64,000 bases of DNA from Nitrosopumilaceae archaeon (lineage in GTDB: Archaea > Thermoproteota > Nitrososphaeria > Nitrososphaerales > Nitrosopumilaceae). Positions 52,548-60,892 of the stretch are shown in pieces (position 1 is the first letter of the stretch; each line of letters starts with the position of its first letter). The stretch lies in the NCBI GenBank assembly GCA_965214835.1, contig CBDCCK010000002.1, positions 608,001-672,000 of the forward strand, read 5' to 3'. A model generated the notes under the pieces. That model was given only the letters and a program-made list of their open reading frames with translations. It did no database searches and was not told the origin of the DNA. A program made the translations under genes and the position numbers.

Positions 52548-53701
52548 CACCCCACTCAAAAGCTACATTCTCACTATTTTTCCCGTACGCAGTTTCCGAC
52601 TCTCGGTCCCGAACCTCTCGCATTACTTCACCAGACACAAAAACGAGACCAGCCAAGTCTCCTCCGGATACCCTTCCAGGTCTTCCCATCCACTATACAC
52701 CGGGCCCCCTGACGGGGGTCCTGACCCCCCACAGTCTTCTGGGACGTCAGAGTCGTCCCAGTCCCTCGTACATTACATGAGTGAAAGACTTCCTCAGACT
52801 CCATTGAATCAGACGACAGTCCGCAGGCCGACGAGATAAAATCATCATTCGTGGATTGAAATTAACCACAGATAACCAATTTTAAAATTATAATATTACA
52901 CACGGAGGAATGTCAAGAATCATGACAGGGGTCAAATGACCATGAAAACACGGAGTTTACAAAATCTGAGGGTATTGGATATTTCCCTATGTCCTGTCAC
53001 GACATACAACACGTCTCGGAATCTTTTGAACTTTTTGCCCGTCAAAAATATGTAATTTTCAGTCATTCATCGACTGTCATAATATCATCTGGGAGGATTG
53101 TACTCCCTGGCCCTGTCATGTGGAATCAATCTACATAATCATGATTTTTTATGATAATAATCTGGCGATATTGTATCATGTCGATCTGTCTTGGATTCTG
53201 ATTCTGAAAATGACCTGCCCGTTCCTGGTGTTTCTTTCCTCACCTCTGAATTCAAAACACGCCAAAACTTTTGTTATGGCTGTCTCTTTAATTTTGATTA
53301 TCTCCCTTCATATCTGAAAAGCAATTTCCAGAGTCAAATTTTGAGGATTTAGAGTCATGAGAAAATAATTTTGCAGAATAGTTTTGCCCTGAATGATACT
53401 GTCATGTTTTTTGATGATATTTTTTGGACTATACTAAGAGTGGCCTTTGAGATTTTGAATTTTCATTATTTTTCCATCATGGTTATGTCTTCCGAGCTGC
53501 GTAGAAAAGTGCAAGACACCCGTCGGATTCAGGATGTCTGGAATGGAAAGAGAGATCTGTTGGAAGTATGATGTGTGGCCAGTGATGCCAAGGTCGTGTG
53601 TTTATCTTGGGAGCAAACCTGACCCTTGGGACTGCTGGGGGTATTCTCTTATCCTTGTGATGCTTGGTATGGTGCTAAGTTATCTTTCTGAGCGTGCTCG
53701 A

Positions 53702-53974
53702 ATGACACTCTGGGCAGGTAACAGCTCGGGCTCTGGAAGTGATTTACGATTTTAGGAGCGAATTACATCTGCGAAGGTCCCTTTGGCGGTAAAATTCATG
53801 CCTGAACTTCCAGAGCCCGAGCTGTTACCTGGGCAGATGGAAAACGACGAGCTTGGCGTACATGACGTGATAATTGGGCTGAGATCCACCATGCTCAGCT
53901 TTGAGAGCCTTCCACGGGAGGTGCAGGATGCCGTCGAGGCCGAGCTTGACAGGCTTGTAAGGATCAAACAGTAG
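53702..53974 (+). pseudogene. small helical protein (module copy D, gene 2), MITE-interrupted
   Basis: ELGVHDVIIGLRSTMLSFESLPREVQDAVEAELDRLVRIKQ vs TLDVQAIVAGLRATLINSEDLPEEVRDAVKDELERLARIKQ. Confidence 0.75.
53718..53828. mobile_element. 111-bp family A1 MITE
   Basis: same TIRs; 8-bp TSD ctgggcag. Confidence 0.95.
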
Positions 53975-54241
53975 TTGTAGTCGTCTTTTTCATAGTTTTC
54001 TTGATCGGTAAGGGGCAAGGCATTTCTTGGCTTTTCTCAAAATATTGGACGAACATAATTTCCGTATAAGACATCCATGGTAAAACGCCCGCCAGTAACA
54101 TGGCAACGTTCCTTTCGTCTTCTGATCCGTGCCTATACTGATGATCATTGAAAATTTCGCCTCCCTTACAAGCTGCGCTCAAGATACTTGTAGATGTCAA
54201 TCTTGATGGAGCACATCCTAAAGTATTCCGAGCAGCACCGA

Positions 54242-55522
54242 TCAGATCTGGAGGCTAGGATCCATGACCCTCCCCATGAACAGGATCATGCCGCTCTCCG
54301 CATCATATATCGTAAACACGAACGGTCGATCTGCGATAAAGTGCGGCGGAGGTGGTTCTTCTGACTCCATTCCTACTATGATGGTGGTAACGGCGGCAGC
54401 CTCAGTTCCCTCCTCGTTTACCTTTACGTATGCATCTTGGAATGCGCCGCTCACGTACAGATTTCTGCCAAGATACTCGTCACCCGGCAGCACCCCCAGG
54501 ATTCCCAGCAGATCTGCTGCTTTTTCATCAAAGACGTCATGCATGCCAAGGTTGTACAGAGGATCGCTTAGATCATACTTGGTTTTCACCTCAAACTTTG
54601 GCATCGACACTACCACCTCCATCTCTGTCATGCCCTGCCGCCACTCCTGTATGAGATCTGCCGAAAGCCTTTCCTGCAGATGAGCCATGCCGTCCCTCTC
54701 TGAGGGCAGCATGACCATCATCGAGAGCCGGTCTCCCTTGTAAGGCATACTCAGTACCTGCACCCCGCCGGCTCCGTCATCGGGAACGGCGTGATAGTCG
54801 AACATGCCCGTAACGTGCATAAAGTCGGCATCAACGCTGTCTGTGCCGTTCCTCCAGAACTCGGCCTGCCCTGTATCCTCCACGGAAAACTGCGTGACCC
54901 ACGTGCCCTTGAAGTATATCGCGTTGTTGATCACCATGGCCGTGCCTGCACTGACATCGTCCGGTGTTATCACCTCGTCGATCTTGCCGTTGGTGTTATC
55001 GGAGGCCCACTCGTTTATTCTCTTTACGGTATCCCCCCCAAAGACGACGACCTCGGCCCCTGCAAGATAGATGTCGCGCGCTATGCCAAGATAGGACTCG
55101 TGCGGCTCGAACCAGTCTGCTATCCACAGCGCGTTTGCCGTGACAAGCGTGGCGTGCGGGTCGTCTCGGTTAAGTGACGCCATCGCGTGCGCCATGGCGT
55201 TGTGGCGCGCCGCCGCGTCCGGCTCAAAGCCAAAGACGTCCTGCATCTGCGCCGCGGTGTTTCCCCTTGCCCCCTCATACAGGATGGAAAAGGCAGTGTA
55301 CATACTGACGGGCGAGAAGAAGATGTTCTCGTCACTGTCTGAGACCTGCTTGTAAAAGTCTACTGCAAAGCCGTTGTTTGCAGACGCGACATCCTCGGGA
55401 ATCGCAGCGGATTCTGGCTGCAGAGGTGCGACTGTGGAGTGTAATACCGTCGTTTCGGCGTACAAAAAGACGGATGCCGCAATCACAACGGCGGCTGCTA
55501 CGGCATAGAGGCGCCTTTTCAT
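54242..55522 (-). CDS. secreted/membrane-anchored serpin
   Basis: NIFFSPVS, NAIYFKGTW, VNEEGTEAAA hinge, FIADRPF, ILFMGRVMDP. Confidence 0.96.
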   Translation of the reverse strand: MKRRLYAVAAAVVIAASVFLYAETTVLHSTVAPLQPESAAIPEDVASANNGFAVDFYKQVSDSDENIFFSPVSMYTAFSILYEGARGNTAAQMQDVFGFEPDAAARHNAMAHAMASLNRDDPHATLVTANALWIADWFEPHESYLGIARDIYLAGAEVVVFGGDTVKRINEWASDNTNGKIDEVITPDDVSAGTAMVINNAIYFKGTWVTQFSVEDTGQAEFWRNGTDSVDADFMHVTGMFDYHAVPDDGAGGVQVLSMPYKGDRLSMMVMLPSERDGMAHLQERLSADLIQEWRQGMTEMEVVVSMPKFEVKTKYDLSDPLYNLGMHDVFDEKAADLLGILGVLPGDEYLGRNLYVSGAFQDAYVKVNEEGTEAAAVTTIIVGMESEEPPPPHFIADRPFVFTIYDAESGMILFMGRVMDPSLQI

Positions 55523-58500
55523 GGAACGATCACCGCGTACGGCTCGCGCTCATGATCTTGCAAGTCCGATGCGGTGACCCAGAAGACATATGTGCTTGCT
55601 GCCGTGCCCGTCGTGTCAAGCGATACGGCTGCCGTGCCGTTGCCGTGATCCGTCACCGAGATAGAGCCTTCCGGCATGCTGTCCGGTATCATTCCTATCG
55701 TGATCGGGTCTCCTTCTGTGTCAGAGGCGCGCACTACAAGCGATAGTTGCTGTGATGTGACGGTCATCGGGCTAGATACGGCAGTGCCGTTCTGCGAGAA
55801 GGCAAGCTCAAACTCCGGGCCGTCGTTGTCCTGCGCTGCGGCGTCTCCTGTGCTCTCGCTGCCGCTTGTGGCCGTGCTCGACTCGGAGTATTGCGGACCG
55901 ACCACCACTCCGCGTGGGTCGTCCATCCTGTTGCCGGACGCAAAGACCGAGGATGTACCGGATGATATGCTTATGATGTTGTCGTCGTCCTTGTTTGCCA
56001 CGTACAGCACGCCGGCATCGTCCATGTCCATACCGTACGGCTCGTCTATCAGCGATGTGATGGTAGTGATCAGCGATCCGCTCGCCGGGTTGATCTCGTT
56101 TACGCGCCCGGCGTCATCACCGCTCTGGTACAGGCTGGATCCTGTGCCGCCCATGGCGGCGCCGCACTCCAGTCCCGCGGCCCTGTGCGTGTTGGGCGAG
56201 AACGAGCCGGTGCCGGATATCTCGCCCTGGTACGTGCCGTCAGAGGCCCTGTAGTAGAGTATGCTGCCAAGCGACCTGTCTGCGGCATACATCCGGCCGT
56301 CTGTGCAAAAGACCACGTCGTACGGGGACAACAGCGCGGTGGCGCCCGAGCTTGCCGGGTTGCGCGACGCGTCGCCAAAGTATCCCAGCGACGAGCCGGA
56401 CGACGAGAACCTCTCGATTCCCATGCTAGTGGCCACGTACAGCGTGTTGCCGTTCCACGTGAGGCCGTACGGGTATCCCGTCGTGGATGCCCACCCGGCG
56501 CTTGATCCGCTGATCGGGGCGCCTGTGGCACCGTCGTACTTGCGTATCTTGCTGTAGGTGTTATCCGATATATACAGGTGGCCGTCTGGGCCAAAGGCTA
56601 CGTCCCACGCCTTGCCTAGGCCGCCCGCCCTGTCCTCCACAAAGTCGCCGAGATACGTCCCGCTCTCTGAGAAGACCAGTACCTCGCGGTCATCGGTATC
56701 TGCGACGTATATGGAATGGCCTGATGTGGGTGATGAACCCGAGTCGCTTATGGATATGTTGTCTATCATGGCTATCTCAGACGGGCTGGAGCTGCGCGCC
56801 GTTATGCGCACCTGCATCTCGGAGACCAGATGCCCGGAGGACAGGTCGTAGGATTCGGTGTGCCACGTACTGTCGTCGTCCCCCGAGGAGGCCTGCCAGT
56901 CAAACGCAGTGGTCCATGCAGAGCCGTCATACAACTCCACCCTGAGGTACTCGCCGCCGTCAAGTGACGATGATACGAACCTGTCAAGTGTCAAGTGTCC
57001 GGTCTGCCGCGACGACAGGTCTACCGGCGACAGCGTGATGGTACAAAGCGTGTCGCAGTTGCTCGAGTATGCGACGGTGTTGCCCGTCTGGCTGCCTGGC
57101 AGCGGCGTGGTGGGTGAGCGCGTGATCCAGTCAGAGTCGCCGCCCTGGGTCCAGTTGTCCAGTCCAGACTCAAAGTTCTCCGATATCGCAGTGGGGCGCG
57201 ACGGGGGCTGGACAGTCGAGCCGCCGGATGCGGCGCTTATTGTTATGTCGTCAAGCTGCACATCCTCGCTTGAGGAGCTCTGCTGCGTGACCAGCCTGAT
57301 CTTAAAGTCGTCCGCCCCAAGGTATGACGCAAGGTCGTACGACTCTTGGTGCCACGTGTTGTCGTCGCCCCCGAGGTTGTGCGACCAGTGGTATATGGTA
57401 TTCCATGTCGAGCCGTCGTATGCCTCCACCTTGAGATACTCGTCACGGTCAAGCCCGTAGTCTATGAACCGCCAGAATCCAAGGGTGGCAGAGTCATAGT
57501 CGGTAAGATCAATGGGGGTGGTAAGCGTAAGCGTGCACATGTTGTCGCAGTTGTCAGAGTGCAGTACCTTGTTCTCACGGTCACGGCCGGGCAGCGTCGG
57601 CGCGTTATGCGACTGGGACGTGGAGATGGTCCAGTCGCCGTCGCCCGTCTCGGTCCAGTGCACGGTAAGATCAGAGGATTCAAAGTCGTCCGAGAACAGG
57701 ACGGTCTCTGCTGCTGCGGGAGGCTCCGGCGTCGCCGTACCCTCAGAGGCGATATACTCCAGCTCGAGGCTCCAGTCATTGAGGATCCCAATGTCTCCGC
57801 TTGCATAATCGCCCACCGAAAGAGTCCAGTTGCCTGCAATGGCAGAGCCCGTCATGGACCGGAGTCCTGTGTGCGAGGACGAGTAGTAGGTGTCGGATAT
57901 GTCGTGTGTGTCGCCGCCTGTCCTGCTGTGCAGCGTGGCCTGTGTTCCGTCAGGCGAGCTGAGCTCCACCCTGAGGTCCCCGATGTACGTGTGGGTTATG
58001 CTGACTGACACCGTCATGGAGCTTGAGGTTCCGTTTACCGGAACGTATATGGTGCTTGCCGTATCCTGGCTGTCCGTGTTGTCTGGTATGGTAAGGCCCG
58101 ACTCTGCCGTGGAACGGTACGTGGTGCTTGCCGGACACGAGGTACCGCTTGCGCCAGACGCCCCGGAGCACGAGCTTGGAACGTACCCCACAAACATGCG
58201 CACGTCGTTGTAATTGAAAAGAAATTGCCTAAAGTCATAAATCAGTGACTCCAGCTGGTTCCTCTGGCGGCTCGCCTCGTGCGCGGCCTCCTCGTCAACG
58301 CCGTCAGCGGAAAGGGTGGCAGACCGGATGGAAATCGGCACGGCAAGCTCCATCATCCGGCTTCCGCTTGGAGGTATTGCTACCGTGTACGTGGTGCCGG
58401 ATGTGGTGACGAGCTTCAGGTCGACTCCCTCCATGTTAACGGAGCCTACGTATATGGCAGATACCGTATATCCCGGGCCTGAAAACGTCTGAGAATAGTC

Positions 58501-60858
58501 TGCGTGGGCAAAGCCCGAGGTGACCTCAAGCGTGTCCCAGTCCCTTATGTTATCAGAGTTTGGAGAGACGCTACTAGAGCCCGGAGGAGGCGACTCGGCC
58601 CGGAGCGTCACGGTGGCAGGCGTGCCGGTTCTCTGGCCGTCGTGCGGCGTTATCTGAAACGTGTCCGTGCCGGTAAAGTTGCTGTTCGGCGTGTACACCG
58701 CGCGCGACATGGTCTTTGTTATGAACTCGTCCGTCGTGATTACTCCCTTTGCAGGATCCCTTGATACGTGAAATGACACCGCGTCGCCGTCCGCATCAGA
58801 TGCAGCTAGTCTCACCACCTTCTCCATGCCGGGGCTGACTATGTGCTCGGAGGGGCTGGCGACCGGCTGGGTGTTTGAGGAGGAAGGCAGGAAGCTGAGC
58901 GGACGCGTGCTTGCAAGTGCAAAGTTCTGGACGGGCTTGTTCAGGCTGTCCAGTCCAGAGCCCGTGACGGTTATGGTATAGGTTCCCGTCCTGCCGGGCG
59001 TGAACACTGCAAACTCGTTTGTCTGGTGCGATGATTCTGCGCGTATCGTGCTTCCGTCGGGTGAGGCTATCGTAAAGTCAAGGTTTGCAATGTTGACTGG
59101 AAATATTCCAGCTGTCTGGGCTGTGAGGCTTCCGCGGTATATTTGCTCTATTATGCTGCCGTGCGGGTGAGCAAACCATGTCAATATGACCTTGACCGGC
59201 TCTGACGTGTCAGTCACGTTGAACGCGTACTGCCTGCTGGTGGTCTGAGCGTCAAGATAGTCTCCCATGACGTGGTTGTGTGTCAGACCCCTCTGGTGTG
59301 CATACTCCAGAGTCTTCGATACGTCCAGTATGCCGAATCCGACGTTGTTAAGTATTCCAAGTGATGTGGCGTTGTTTGCCTCATCGTACTCTGTTGGTTG
59401 CATTACATAGGAGCAACCGTGGCCAGCGTTGTTCTGCTCGTACTGCGTTGATGTGCACGGAACAGGTCCCGTCCAGTTGGCCCCAAGCAGAATGGATGCC
59501 TTTACCTCCACCGGCGTCAGATCAGGCTTTGCCTGCAACAGCATTGCGGCGGTTGCACTTACCTGCGGGGCAGCTAAGCTTGTGCCGCTACGTGGGTGTG
59601 TTGTATTGTTTGCTACAAAGTTGAGTACCTGTATATTCTGTGCGGGTGCCACCAGTTCCGGTTTCAGTACGATGGTTCCGCCTGCAGGACCCCTGCTTGC
59701 GTTCACATACATTTCGATTTGGTTAGGGTTGCGGTCGTTTATGCCACCTACAGAAATTACGTTGCTTCCACAGCCCGGGGTGGTTATCGATTCATAAGTA
59801 GGGGTTCTGTTCCCTCCCTGATTTCCAGCCGATTTAACGGCCACCATGCCCTTGTCAACTGCTTCGTTTACTATGAGGTTATGCGTGGTTGTTTGAGTTT
59901 GATCTTGATCACAAAAAGCATTTTGGGTTGAGTCACGTATTCGAAAACTCATGTTTACAACGTCGGCACCGTTTATGAGAGCATAGTCTAGTCCATGAGC
60001 CACACGAGCTGCGCTTCTAATACCTTGAATGTCTAAAAGATCCACCCCCGGAGCGATTCCGTTGTGGGCAGGTAGTCCTGACGCTGCAAGAACCTGTGCT
60101 ACCATTGTACCATGTGATGTGGTTGTTGAATGTGGGGGAAACAGGCCAAGCAGATTTGAGGTGTTGGTTGGAACACAGCCGTTGTCGTTACATATGACAT
60201 GCTCAAGGATCCTGCCGTCAAAAGCTGTGTCATGCCTGATGCCAGTATCTATCACTCCGACAACTATGCCGGTGCCATTGAGCACCCTTCCGATTGCCGC
60301 ACGCATGTCGCCGTCAGTTGCACGTATCGTATTTCGCGCAGTGTCAACCTCGGCGATTACTTCAAGTTCACCATCTCCCAGGCGGTATACTTCCTCGTGG
60401 AGCGAAAACCCAGGTATATCTGCAACCGGAATCAAGGCAGTCACAAACGACAGTGACTTTGCAGCAACAATGTCGCGCGCGCCAAGCAGCTCAAGCCTCT
60501 TTACCACGGAGTCCTTGTTCTCTTTGGCAGCCTCCTCATGATCCCTGCCGTCGTCGTCCCTGCTGACCACCATTATGACGTTGTAGTATCGCTTACCGTC
60601 ATATACACCCGGATCCCCATCAGTTGGCTCCTCCAGTATAATATCCTGAATCTTTTGGTAAAAGCCGACATCAAACTTGTGTTTTACATCAACGTTTCCA
60701 ACCGGTGCTGGAGTGCCGTCTTCTGGAATCAGGCCGCCCGGGATGTCTGGGTTGCTGCCGGCTCCGTCGTGTACCTGCGCAGACGCCATCCCGACAGAAA
60801 TTACAGCAAACATAGATAAAGCCAAAACCAAGACCAGCTTTTTGTCTGAGTTCAACAA
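55519..60858 (-). CDS. giant secreted S8 protease with Ig/cadherin-like, proprotein-convertase P, two jelly-roll and NHL-type propeller domains
   Basis: signal peptide; VIDTG, SHGT, SAGNQG, SGTSLAAP; ITHTYIGDL...GNWTL; FSDDFES/ISENFES; AFGPDG.LY repeats. Confidence 0.93.
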   Translation of the reverse strand: MLNSDKKLVLVLALSMFAVISVGMASAQVHDGAGSNPDIPGGLIPEDGTPAPVGNVDVKHKFDVGFYQKIQDIILEEPTDGDPGVYDGKRYYNVIMVVSRDDDGRDHEEAAKENKDSVVKRLELLGARDIVAAKSLSFVTALIPVADIPGFSLHEEVYRLGDGELEVIAEVDTARNTIRATDGDMRAAIGRVLNGTGIVVGVIDTGIRHDTAFDGRILEHVICNDNGCVPTNTSNLLGLFPPHSTTTSHGTMVAQVLAASGLPAHNGIAPGVDLLDIQGIRSAARVAHGLDYALINGADVVNMSFRIRDSTQNAFCDQDQTQTTTHNLIVNEAVDKGMVAVKSAGNQGGNRTPTYESITTPGCGSNVISVGGINDRNPNQIEMYVNASRGPAGGTIVLKPELVAPAQNIQVLNFVANNTTHPRSGTSLAAPQVSATAAMLLQAKPDLTPVEVKASILLGANWTGPVPCTSTQYEQNNAGHGCSYVMQPTEYDEANNATSLGILNNVGFGILDVSKTLEYAHQRGLTHNHVMGDYLDAQTTSRQYAFNVTDTSEPVKVILTWFAHPHGSIIEQIYRGSLTAQTAGIFPVNIANLDFTIASPDGSTIRAESSHQTNEFAVFTPGRTGTYTITVTGSGLDSLNKPVQNFALASTRPLSFLPSSSNTQPVASPSEHIVSPGMEKVVRLAASDADGDAVSFHVSRDPAKGVITTDEFITKTMSRAVYTPNSNFTGTDTFQITPHDGQRTGTPATVTLRAESPPPGSSSVSPNSDNIRDWDTLEVTSGFAHADYSQTFSGPGYTVSAIYVGSVNMEGVDLKLVTTSGTTYTVAIPPSGSRMMELAVPISIRSATLSADGVDEEAAHEASRQRNQLESLIYDFRQFLFNYNDVRMFVGYVPSSCSGASGASGTSCPASTTYRSTAESGLTIPDNTDSQDTASTIYVPVNGTSSSMTVSVSITHTYIGDLRVELSSPDGTQATLHSRTGGDTHDISDTYYSSSHTGLRSMTGSAIAGNWTLSVGDYASGDIGILNDWSLELEYIASEGTATPEPPAAAETVLFSDDFESSDLTVHWTETGDGDWTISTSQSHNAPTLPGRDRENKVLHSDNCDNMCTLTLTTPIDLTDYDSATLGFWRFIDYGLDRDEYLKVEAYDGSTWNTIYHWSHNLGGDDNTWHQESYDLASYLGADDFKIRLVTQQSSSSEDVQLDDITISAASGGSTVQPPSRPTAISENFESGLDNWTQGGDSDWITRSPTTPLPGSQTGNTVAYSSNCDTLCTITLSPVDLSSRQTGHLTLDRFVSSSLDGGEYLRVELYDGSAWTTAFDWQASSGDDDSTWHTESYDLSSGHLVSEMQVRITARSSSPSEIAMIDNISISDSGSSPTSGHSIYVADTDDREVLVFSESGTYLGDFVEDRAGGLGKAWDVAFGPDGHLYISDNTYSKIRKYDGATGAPISGSSAGWASTTGYPYGLTWNGNTLYVATSMGIERFSSSGSSLGYFGDASRNPASSGATALLSPYDVVFCTDGRMYAADRSLGSILYYRASDGTYQGEISGTGSFSPNTHRAAGLECGAAMGGTGSSLYQSGDDAGRVNEINPASGSLITTITSLIDEPYGMDMDDAGVLYVANKDDDNIISISSGTSSVFASGNRMDDPRGVVVGPQYSESSTATSGSESTGDAAAQDNDGPEFELAFSQNGTAVSSPMTVTSQQLSLVVRASDTEGDPITIGMIPDSMPEGSISVTDHGNGTAAVSLDTTGTAASTYVFWVTASDLQDHEREPYAVIVP

Positions 60859-60892
60859 TAAGTTTTCAGACGTGTTATTCCTTTTTAAACAT

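Noticed and set aside
52720-53500. short ORFs in the AT-rich region
   Set aside because: Low-complexity translations with no motifs; no replication protein recognisable.
53964-54200. 78-aa minus-strand ORF
   Set aside because: No convincing motif; probably a gene fragment that cannot be assigned.
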